Assembly: GCA_001724265.1 (NCBI GenBank)
Contig: MEDY01000659.1
Location: 1 to 64,000 of the forward strand
DNA length: 64,000 nucleotides
From: Rhizaria sp. SCN 62-66
Lineage: Eukaryota
Direction of reading: 5' to 3'
Shown one piece after another: positions 55,703-64,000 of this stretch. Below the pieces are notes generated by a model that saw only the letters and a list, made by a program, of their open reading frames with translations, was not told where the DNA came from and ran no database searches. A program made the position numbers and the translations under genes. Numbering within the stretch: position 1 is the first letter of the stretch; each line of letters begins with the position of its first letter.

Positions 55703-57424
55703 TCACTTAGCCTTGCCGGCCTGCTGCTGCTGCTTAAGCGCGTGCACCATGGTCTCCTTCTGAATCAGGTGCGACGTCGTCTCGAGAAGGTCAAGAAGCT
55801 GCTCGACATCGCGTCCCCACTGGTTCAGCACCTGCGCAGGCGCCTGCGTCTTCTCGAAGCTAACAACACCCCGCGGGCGGTCGATGCGCGCAAACAGCTG
55901 CTTCGCCGCCACAAGGTCACACAGGTTCTTCTCCGTCGCGGCCTCATCCAGCGCGAGCAGCTTCGCGAGACGCGCGAGTGTAACGCGAGAGTACGCCTTG
56001 CTCGCAACGCGGATGTTATGCTGGACAACGCGCGTGTGGAGCACGTCCCACCGGCTCTCGCCCGCCGCCGCCGCCGCCGCGCTCGTCACCGCCGCGACGG
56101 ACGCGTCGTCGGTCATCGAGGACGACGTTGCGAACGCAGAGTGCGCACGCCACACAGCATCGGCGTTGAGGTCGGCGCCGCCCGCCGCGGTGGCCTTGAG
56201 AGGCCAGGGGCAGAGGCCAGCGCCGAGCAGCTGCGACGCCACGGCCGCGAACGCGGGCACGCGCGCCAGACGCTTCTTCTCGAGCTGGATGCGGGTGAGG
56301 ATCTCGCGGGACTCACCGTCAAAGGGCGCGAGAGCAGCGAAGACGATGACGTTCTGGAGCGCCTCATAGGAGCGCGCGACGAGGGGGTCGGCGGAAGTGA
56401 GGCCACCGTCGTCCTCGTCCTCGTCGATCTCGGCAGTCACGGCGTCACTCATAGCCTTGCCAGCGCCAGTACCAGCAGCCGCAGAGGCGCCCGCACTCGC
56501 ACTCGCGATGGAGGAGCTAGACGCAGACGCCGAGGCGGAGGAGGACTCGGCCTTCTTGGCGGCGTCGGCGTCAGCGATCTGCTTGACGAGAGTGTCGAAA
56601 ACAGCTTTGTAAGCGCGGGCGACTTGGAGGTACTCCTTGGAGTTGGAGTAGAAGCGAATCATAAGCTCGAAATACTTGATCTTGATGTCGGCCCAGCCAG
56701 CCTCAGAGAACTGCTTGGTCTTGATCTTCTTGGCGACGAGCTCAGCACGAAGGAAGTCCTTTTTGTCGAGGCACAGACGCAGCTGCTCGAGCAAGTACTT
56801 GGCCTTGTCCTTGAGCTCCATGGAGCCGATCGTCTCGACAGCGACTTCCTGAAGAATGTCAGCGGCCTCAGCAATCTTGCCCTCGGCCTCGGCCATCTGC
56901 GCGAGCTGCATGGTGAGCCCCGCACGCTCCATCTCGAGGAAAATCTTGCCGTCAGCGACGGCGCGGAGGGTGCCGATGAGCTCGCGCTTGGCGGCGGCGT
57001 CCGGCGCGGAAAGCAGCAAAGCGATGCCCTTGTCGACGACGGCCTTGATGACCTTGAGGAGCTGCGCGCGGCGCTTGCAGAGGAGCGTGATCTGGTCGTT
57101 GATGGCGCGCCAGTCCTTCTTGTCGAAGCAGAGGTCAAGAATGGTGTCGGCCAGAAGCTTGGTGGAATCACCGTCGGAAGCGAGACGGGCCTTCTTCTCC
57201 CACGCAAGCAAACTCACGAGCGCAGAGTTAAGCTCGGCGGAGGACGGCGAGGCAGGGACGGAAGCGAGGATGCCAGGGATGGCGGCCTGGACGTCGGCCA
57301 TGTAGTCCTTCTGCTTCTTGTTCTGGCGCTCTTCCTCTTCGATCTTGGCGGCGCCCTTGTCGAGGAAGTAGTCCTTCTCGGCCGCGGGGGCGGGGGCGTC
57401 GCTGCTGCCCTTCTTGTCAGACAT
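55703..57424 (-). CDS. RPN5: 26S proteasome lid subunit RPN5/PSMD12
   Basis: Motifs LLAWEKKARLASD, LCKRRAQL, DGKIFLEMERA, VETIGSM, and a PCI domain RVVQHNIRVASKAYSRV...FARIDRPRGVV. Start taken as ATG 57424. Stop TGA. Confidence 0.96.
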   Translation of the reverse strand: MSDKKGSSDAPAPAAEKDYFLDKGAAKIEEEERQNKKQKDYMADVQAAIPGILASVPASPSSAELNSALVSLLAWEKKARLASDGDSTKLLADTILDLCFDKKDWRAINDQITLLCKRRAQLLKVIKAVVDKGIALLLSAPDAAAKRELIGTLRAVADGKIFLEMERAGLTMQLAQMAEAEGKIAEAADILQEVAVETIGSMELKDKAKYLLEQLRLCLDKKDFLRAELVAKKIKTKQFSEAGWADIKIKYFELMIRFYSNSKEYLQVARAYKAVFDTLVKQIADADAAKKAESSSASASASSSSIASASAGASAAAGTGAGKAMSDAVTAEIDEDEDDGGLTSADPLVARSYEALQNVIVFAALAPFDGESREILTRIQLEKKRLARVPAFAAVASQLLGAGLCPWPLKATAAGGADLNADAVWRAHSAFATSSSMTDDASVAAVTSAAAAAAGESRWDVLHTRVVQHNIRVASKAYSRVTLARLAKLLALDEAATEKNLCDLVAAKQLFARIDRPRGVVSFEKTQAPAQVLNQWGRDVEQLLDLLETTSHLIQKETMVHALKQQQQAGKAK

Positions 57425-58128
57425 AGCAACCGCTCTACGTAGAGAAGGAGCAACAAGGGAAGGAAAAGCAAAAGAGTGGAGCGAGATACAGAGTGTGATG
57501 AAGGTGAGTTCCGTTGAATGACTGAGCAAAGCAAAGGTGGACGAGAGACTTAGGCGGGCAAGCAGAGTGACAGCCAAGGTATAGGATACAACGACAAGCA
57601 AATCCAACATCCATAAAGTGCAGAGTACAATGGCGTGACTGATTTGTGAGCGAGTGTGCACGATGAGTCCCACGAGAGGGATACTGGTGACACGAAGGTC
57701 TGGACTTGCTCTCAACGACCTCACGAGAGATCACACACCTCAATCGAGCGGTATTCACTCTCTGCAGGGCATACAAATAAATGTCCAACGAGATCCACTC
57801 ATAATCACACCCATCAAAGCAAAGGCAGTCATATCCACTGACGCTAGCACGAGAGCAACCTCCTCTTCAGCGCTGACCACAATTTCATCCAACGAGCGAT
57901 CTCTTCTCGCGGTCGAGTTGGTCTTTTTTCGGAACCAGGCAAGCAGTCACCGAAAGTCAAGTTCAGGAGAGGCAAGCAGCGCTTGTCAGACAGAGTTTGA
58001 GGTCAGTGCTAGCGTCAAATAACGGGTTGTCATAATTTTTAGGGATGCCATGTTTTTTCATCACTGTTTCTCTTTTAACGTTTGTTCACTTTGCTTCCTT
58101 GGTCTCTCTTTTCAGACTTCCATCTTGC

Positions 58129-61100
58129 ATGGACTCTTCGCCCAGGACCGCCTCGAGCGATTGGGAAGGGCTCCACGACGCCGTCGCGCGGCTCTTCATG
58201 CACTCTGTTGGCAGAGTCGTCGTGCTTCCGGACACTGAATTTGCGCGCGATATAAACTTGTCGGCGCTGCTGCAGCTGTTACCACTCGCCTCACCGCACC
58301 AGGTGCGCACTTGGTTTCGTGAAGCTTACGATACTCTGGCCCCCTCGGCTGAGGCGCCCAAGTTGGAGCGCGGCCGGCCCGCCGAAGAGCTGTCGTTTCA
58401 CTTCACCTTCTGCCTGGTTCTCACTTCCCAGGTTGTGAACACTTACGCCGCGCACTTCCACTGCGCGCAAGGAACCGTGCCAAATCGCAAAACTGTCACG
58501 ATGTGCTTCGCGCACGCTGTCGCCGCACAGTGCGAGCGTGCGGCGCGGTTTCTCGCCGTCGCGCCTATCGCAAGCATCCCCGCCTCGGCCGTTACTGCGC
58601 TGACTCTCGGGCCCTGGTTTAGAGCCACTGTCTCACCGGCCGCTTTTCTCTACATCCACGTGCACCTCGCCGTCTCCCCGCACTTTCCCTCCCCCTCCCC
58701 GTCGCACATGACACAACAGCAGCAGTCCAACTCCTCCTCGTCGTCGAGCGGCGCTGGTGCTGGTTCCGGGAGTGCGTCGACACGTGCGTTGCGCGCTGCA
58801 CCGCCCGCGCGCCTGTGGCATGCGCCGTGGTGGCTAGCTGCGCTCTTCCGTGCATCGCGTACTTTCAACCACCAAATCTCTCAGCACCGGAGGCTCACTT
58901 CCCCAACGTCGACATCGGCGTCAACGCAGCAGCAGCAGCAGTCTCACAGCGATCAGCAGTTTGACAGCGGGTTTAGCGCGGTGACAGCTCAGTTGAACGC
59001 GAACGCTGGTTCGGTCGCAAACAACTCAGCCAGCGCTTACTCTGGTGGTTCTAGCGCAAGTTCTGGATCCGGCGGTGTCGGTTTACTGGGGCACGCAAGC
59101 CGCGCAGTGAGCGCCGCCAAGGTGACCGCCACCCTCGGCGCCACTCAGATTGTGCGGTTTGACGCGCAGACGCTGCTTGACGCCGCTGCCGGGTTCACAG
59201 TCGGCGGGACAGCACCCACGGTTGTGGCTGCGGCGGACGCGGTGGGCGCGGTCGCGGCCGCTGCGAACGCCGCTGCGCAAGCTGCGGCCGAGAGGGCTGC
59301 TGTTGCTAGGGCTGCCACTACGACCGCTTTTGCTGTCGCTGACGCCGCTGGTTCTGGTGCTGGTGGTGGTGCTGGTGGTGGTGCACTTCCTACTGCTGCT
59401 GATGCTGCTGCTGCTGGCACTGGCGCTGGCGCTGGCACGAGTATAGCTGGCGCTGGCACGACTACTGCCGCCGGCGCGCCGGCGAGCGATGCTGACGACG
59501 CTGCGAGCGCCGACGCCGACGCACTGAAAGCTGCCACTGCTGCTGCTAAGATCGAGGCCGATGCCGATTACGAGGCCGCATGTGCTTTCGCTGCCGCTGC
59601 GCGCGTGGCAGAATCTGCGGCCGTGGCTTCGGTCACGTTTGACCTGGGCCGCTGCGCGCTCTTTTCGCCGCCCAGTGTTGCCGCCACACCGGCCGCAAGC
59701 GCTGCTCCGAGTGGGGCTGTGGCTGTGGCTGCGGCTGCGGGGACTGCGGGCGCGGGGACCGCGGGCGCGGGCCGCGCGCGCAGACCGGCGACGGGCGCGC
59801 TGGTGGGCCCGCAGCCGCCGCAGCCGATGTCGACGCTGCAGGCGCAGTCGCACGCACAGCAGGAACAGGACCAGACCGAGTGGGCGACCAAGGCGCAGTC
59901 GCAGGTTCAGCCGCCGTCGCAGCTGCCGCCCCAGGCGGAGGCCGAGACCGAGCTCGAGCTGAGCGCGCTGTCCCCGTCGCCGTACACGTCTCCTGCGCTC
60001 GCGAACAAACTGCCCCACGCACAGGCGCCCCCGCTTACGCCGGGCTTTGTTCCCGCCGCAGCCCCTTCGCTGCGCAACAACGCTGGCAGTCGGGGCTTTG
60101 GTGCCGCTGCTCACCCTGCGTCTGCGACCGCGCCTGCGGCTGCGGCTGCGAATGGAAGTGCTGGCTGCGGTGGCGGCGCGTTCACGATGCCGCTGCCGCT
60201 ACCGCTGCCGATGCCGATGCCGCTGTCGCCGCGCGTTGTCCCGTCGTCTTCTCTGCCGTCCTCTTCCTCATCATCGTCGCTATCATCATCGCTGCCGCTG
60301 TCGCCGCCGAGCAGCGGACTCAGCAATAGTGCGACGACGAGTGTGACTGCTGTCGCGACTCGTAGCGGTGACGGCGGCGGTGCACCGGGCAGCGCCTTTG
60401 ACTCCTTATTCGCCTTTGCTGCCGTTGCCGAGTTCCACTCGTGTTTCCGGCGCAAGTTCGCCACCCCGCGGCAGGGCGCGCTGACGCCGCACTCGCGCGG
60501 TGTCGTCTCGCTGCGGCCCGGGGTCGAACACACCGTCTGGGAAGGAATCACTTCTTTCTCGCACGTCTGGCTTGTGTATGTATTCGACTGCAATACGCCG
60601 CAGTCGGACACGCGCACTGTCGCCAACGCGAACGGTGTTGCCGCACAGCCAGTCATTGGCGCCGCTGCAGCGACAGCGGCGACTGCGGCGCTCGGCGGGT
60701 CACCGGCGCTGCCTGTGCGCGTCGCAACCGCACTGCGCACGAAAGTTAAGCCGCCGAAGCTCGGAGGCCGCGCGACGGGCGCCTTTGCGACGCGCGCGCC
60801 GCACCGGCCGAACCCAATTGGGCTCACGCTCGTTAAGGTTGAAGGGCTTATCCCTGGTGCGAACGGCTCGGCGCAGCGGTTGCTGGTGTCCGGCGTTGAC
60901 CTTATCGACGGCACGCCGATTCTTGATGTTAAGCCGTATCACCCCGCGGACTGCCCGCTGCCGCTGCCGCTGACTGCGATGAGCCAGCAGCAGCCGAGCA
61001 TGCCGTCGAGCCAACAACAGATGAGCGCGGGGAGCGAATCACAGCTGCGGTTTCCGTCTTGGATTTCGTCTCAGTTCCATGTCCCACAGACCTGGGGCCG

Positions 61101-62901
61101 CGGTTTCTCAGTGCTGGAGCAGCCGTTATCGGGCACTGGCAACGGCGCTGTGACAGGCAACGCTGTGGCTGCGTTACCGGCGTATTCGCAGTCGCATTCG
61201 CTGTCGCCGTTGCGCCCCCACGGCGCGCAGAGCAAAGAACCGATGGGCGCTGCGATTCCCAGCGTCGGCGACTACGAGAGCGAAACCGATGGCAAGGGCA
61301 ATGACACAGCAGCGACTGCTGCTGCAGGTGGTGCAGGGGCTGGGGCTGGGGCGCTTCCGACGCCCACGCTGACGGCTGCGTCGTCACTCCAGTCGCCGCA
61401 GTCGCTGCAGTCGACGCCCTCGCTCCCAGTCGCCGACACTGACACGGCCGCCGCAAGCACGCTTGTTCCACCAGCTGGCGCGGCGCCGCTGGCGAGAACA
61501 CGCAGCGAGCCCACGCCAGCGGCGATCAACACAGCGCTCGCACAGGACCCCACGGCCGCGATTGGTGGCGACAGCGGCGGCGGGGACCGTGTGGCGCACT
61601 TGCTGTCAACGCCGACTGTCGCCGTGTTTGCGCTCGACTCCGCGCTCGTGTCGCTCCGCGAGCTCTTCAAGGCCTCGCGCCTTCATGGCAGCGGTGGCGG
61701 CAGCGGCAGTGGCAATGGCAATAGCGGCGGCGCAACGCCCAGCGGCGGATTGAGGGGCCGGAGTCTGAACGGTGGTGGCGGCGGCGGCGTCGGCGGCAGT
61801 GGCGCCAACTGCAGTGTCGGCGACAGCCCCAGTCTCACGCCTCTGGCTCACGGCCGCCGCATCTGTCTCTTGCAACAACAGCAACAGCAGCAGCAGCAGT
61901 TTGACACGCCAGGGCAGACGCCCGCGTTCTTGCCGCTCAACAGTAGCAACGCATCAGGCAGTGGCAGCATCGGCAGCAGACAGCGTCCACTGGAATTCTT
62001 CTGTCTGCCGACTGATACGGCCGTTATGGTGCTGCAGTGCGCCTGCGAGGTTTTGGCCGCAGACCCGCGCAGTGTGCATACAGTGCGCAAGTTCGGCGAC
62101 CGCTCTGTATTTGCCTTTGAGATGGACAACTTAGTGATCACTTTCGTCATGCGCGATGTCCCTGTGCTTCAAAACAACAGTGACAGCGGCTGCGACAGTG
62201 CTAATACGGGCGCGCAGGCTATGGAGGACGACGGAGCGTCTGCTTCTTCTGCAACCGCGAGTTTGAGTGCGGTGGCGGCAGTGCAGACAGCTTTTGGTCT
62301 GGACACACCGTTTGTCTCTCGTACTGCTTCCTCTGCTGTTCAGAGTAGCACGACTGGCGTTGCGTCAGTCGCGCACGCAGTCATATCGTCCATCGAGCAC
62401 GTCCTCGGTCCTCTGCCTTCCAGCGCTGGCTCGAGCGCGGCCGGGCAGTCCCGTCGCGTTCCCGCGCCCCCTGCTGGTGTCAGCGCAAGTACAAGTGCGT
62501 GTGTTAGTCCGAGCGCTTTTGCTACTGCTTCTCCTGCCGCAGGCAAGATGCCAGTGTCTGGGTTGGACGGCGACTGCGACAGCCGCGACTGCGACGGCGC
62601 TACTACCTCCAGCGCCACTGACGCAGGAACAGGTTCAGCCGCGCGGACTCCTAACTTCCCGTCGCCGATTCTGCCGTCTTCCACACTGCAGCGCAACATC
62701 AGCGGCAGCAGTAGCGGCAGCGGCGGCGGCAGTAAGGCTGCGATTGGCACGCCCGCGTTTGCGGCCACGCCGGCGCCGTATATCGCTGCTAGTGGCGCGT
62801 TTGCGGCCGCTGCGCCTGGTCTGCGCACCAGCGCGTGGCTTAAGACGTCTGGCAACGCCGCTGTGCGCGCAGTTATGTTGGCTCTAGGTTTGTCTGACTA
62901 A
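58129..62901 (+). CDS. TRMO: Large protein containing a TrmO/TsaA tRNA (adenine37-N6) methyltransferase domain
   Basis: SCFRRKFATPRQG, FSHVWLVYVF, KVKPPKLGG, GAFATRAPHRPNPIGLTLVK and VSGVDLIDGTPILDVKPY (about 60410-60950), with a C-terminal EVLAADPRS. Start taken as ATG 58129. Stop TAA. Confidence 0.88.
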   Translation: MDSSPRTASSDWEGLHDAVARLFMHSVGRVVVLPDTEFARDINLSALLQLLPLASPHQVRTWFREAYDTLAPSAEAPKLERGRPAEELSFHFTFCLVLTSQVVNTYAAHFHCAQGTVPNRKTVTMCFAHAVAAQCERAARFLAVAPIASIPASAVTALTLGPWFRATVSPAAFLYIHVHLAVSPHFPSPSPSHMTQQQQSNSSSSSSGAGAGSGSASTRALRAAPPARLWHAPWWLAALFRASRTFNHQISQHRRLTSPTSTSASTQQQQQSHSDQQFDSGFSAVTAQLNANAGSVANNSASAYSGGSSASSGSGGVGLLGHASRAVSAAKVTATLGATQIVRFDAQTLLDAAAGFTVGGTAPTVVAAADAVGAVAAAANAAAQAAAERAAVARAATTTAFAVADAAGSGAGGGAGGGALPTAADAAAAGTGAGAGTSIAGAGTTTAAGAPASDADDAASADADALKAATAAAKIEADADYEAACAFAAAARVAESAAVASVTFDLGRCALFSPPSVAATPAASAAPSGAVAVAAAAGTAGAGTAGAGRARRPATGALVGPQPPQPMSTLQAQSHAQQEQDQTEWATKAQSQVQPPSQLPPQAEAETELELSALSPSPYTSPALANKLPHAQAPPLTPGFVPAAAPSLRNNAGSRGFGAAAHPASATAPAAAAANGSAGCGGGAFTMPLPLPLPMPMPLSPRVVPSSSLPSSSSSSSLSSSLPLSPPSSGLSNSATTSVTAVATRSGDGGGAPGSAFDSLFAFAAVAEFHSCFRRKFATPRQGALTPHSRGVVSLRPGVEHTVWEGITSFSHVWLVYVFDCNTPQSDTRTVANANGVAAQPVIGAAAATAATAALGGSPALPVRVATALRTKVKPPKLGGRATGAFATRAPHRPNPIGLTLVKVEGLIPGANGSAQRLLVSGVDLIDGTPILDVKPYHPADCPLPLPLTAMSQQQPSMPSSQQQMSAGSESQLRFPSWISSQFHVPQTWGRGFSVLEQPLSGTGNGAVTGNAVAALPAYSQSHSLSPLRPHGAQSKEPMGAAIPSVGDYESETDGKGNDTAATAAAGGAGAGAGALPTPTLTAASSLQSPQSLQSTPSLPVADTDTAAASTLVPPAGAAPLARTRSEPTPAAINTALAQDPTAAIGGDSGGGDRVAHLLSTPTVAVFALDSALVSLRELFKASRLHGSGGGSGSGNGNSGGATPSGGLRGRSLNGGGGGGVGGSGANCSVGDSPSLTPLAHGRRICLLQQQQQQQQQFDTPGQTPAFLPLNSSNASGSGSIGSRQRPLEFFCLPTDTAVMVLQCACEVLAADPRSVHTVRKFGDRSVFAFEMDNLVITFVMRDVPVLQNNSDSGCDSANTGAQAMEDDGASASSATASLSAVAAVQTAFGLDTPFVSRTASSAVQSSTTGVASVAHAVISSIEHVLGPLPSSAGSSAAGQSRRVPAPPAGVSASTSACVSPSAFATASPAAGKMPVSGLDGDCDSRDCDGATTSSATDAGTGSAARTPNFPSPILPSSTLQRNISGSSSGSGGGSKAAIGTPAFAATPAPYIAASGAFAAAAPGLRTSAWLKTSGNAAVRAVMLALGLSD

Positions 62902-64000
62902 CTTACCGACGCGCTCTTGCGCTTGCAATGTAGGCCGATTCGAGGGAGTGACCGTGACCGGAACCTTGACCACGATCGTGACCACAGTTTTAGTGTGCCT
63001 TTTAATTTTCACTTTCTGTACTTCTGTTTGTTGTGTTTTTACACGCGTAGTTTTTCAACCCATATTTTATTTTGTTCAAGATGAACCTTGCTTGACTTTT
63101 TTTTTGCAAGACATCTTTGTTTCTTCGACCCAGTGGTCTCACCTTACATGTCTTCGTCAGTTCTGCACTCATTATCTCTTCTTTGTTTCTTTCTTGCTTG
63201 CTGTTGTAACTGTATCAATATTACCACTCCTTATGATGCACATATATTGCTTTTCTGTTCTGTTGTTTGTTTTAGGTTTGGCAACCCCTTCCGCTTTCTT
63301 GTTTTACCTCCGTGACCATATAATTTGAATGCTGTGCTGTGCTCGTTTGTTGAATCGTCTTTCTTCGTGTACCTGTGAACAAGTTTTTCGCCCGTGTGTT
63401 GTCATTGTCTTTTGGTTATATTTCGAAACAACACCATTCTTATTTTCTTTCACGTCAGATTATCATTCCCGCAGTGTTGTTTTGAAGAGCCCCAGTGATG
63501 TCATGATTTTTTTTTTTCTTTTTGTTCCTGTGTATCTTGACTTGCTTTGTGAGCCCTTTTTTGGAGTTGCACCTTGACGCAGTAGCAATTTGTCTGCTGG
63601 GTTGTGATTGTTGCACACGGGCTCACATCGCCATCTTTCCTACCTCACCACACATTGTGCGTTGTTCAAATTTTCATCTTTCGACAGTTTGTTATGATTT
63701 CTGTCGCCTTCTAGCTTGCTAGCTCTTTCCTTTGTCTTTTTCTGTTCATTTTTTATAAGTTGTGAGAAATGCCACGCCTTTTCACCATGGTCACGATCCT
63801 CCATGTGTTAATCCCGACTGTCCCTCACCACGCTGAGCTCGCACTGTTACATTACACAGTGACGGCTCACTCCACTGTTCATCGCAATGTAGTTGCCCAG
63901 TGTCACTTCATGTAGTCCTTCCTTTGTACATATCGTGTCTCTTTGGTCACGTTGCACTTCTGTCTTTTCTTTGCCCCCGTGTTTATTCGCATTGTGATTT

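Noticed and set aside
55595-57442. 615-aa plus-strand ORF
   Set aside because: Antisense shadow of RPN5, caused by codon bias.
57425-57724. 100-aa N-terminal extension of RPN5 (similarly 40880-41353 for MRPL32 and 58045-58128 for TRMO)
   Set aside because: UTR/intron-like composition with no family motifs; better ATGs lie downstream.
45907-62901. KTI12 and TRMO as a tRNA-modification cluster linked to the code change
   Set aside because: They are 10 kb apart with unrelated genes between them, and both are widespread housekeeping genes.
62902-64000. Short Phe/Leu/Cys-rich ORFs
   Set aside because: T-rich non-coding sequence with no coding-type composition.
1-64000. tRNA (including a CUA suppressor), rRNA, CRISPR arrays, transposases
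   Set aside because: None recognised by eye; a covariance-model search would be needed to exclude small RNAs.

Overview
This is eukaryotic nuclear DNA, probably from a flagellated aerobic protist: it carries IQUB, cytochrome c1, an NDUFA1-like gene and mitoribosomal L32. The window holds 17 protein-coding genes with GC-rich, often Ala-expanded exons, AT-richer spacers and a few GT-AG introns. The genes are CYC1 (partial), an ARM-like protein, a prominin-like pentaspan protein, a Gln/RGG/AT-hook protein, a coiled-coil protein, an F-box multi-TM protein, IQUB, an ER DnaJ, RUS/DUF647, NDUFA1-like, MRPL32, MCM7, KTI12, CCDC137-like, diacylglycerol kinase, RPN5 and a TRMO-domain protein. The main signal is that TAG appears not to be a stop codon here. 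Four in-frame TAGs lie inside coding sequence: one within the second C1 zinc finger of the diacylglycerol kinase and three in the ARM-like gene. All 16 inferred gene ends are TAA (8) or TGA (8). This points to a variant nuclear code or systematic readthrough with UAG as sense, with Gln the best guess. Secondary signals are a splice-acceptor-like site just upstream of most start codons (possible SL trans-splicing), a very uniform GTACG donor, and inverted repeats in divergent promoters. All gene models and family calls come from reading the sequence by eye; no searches were run.
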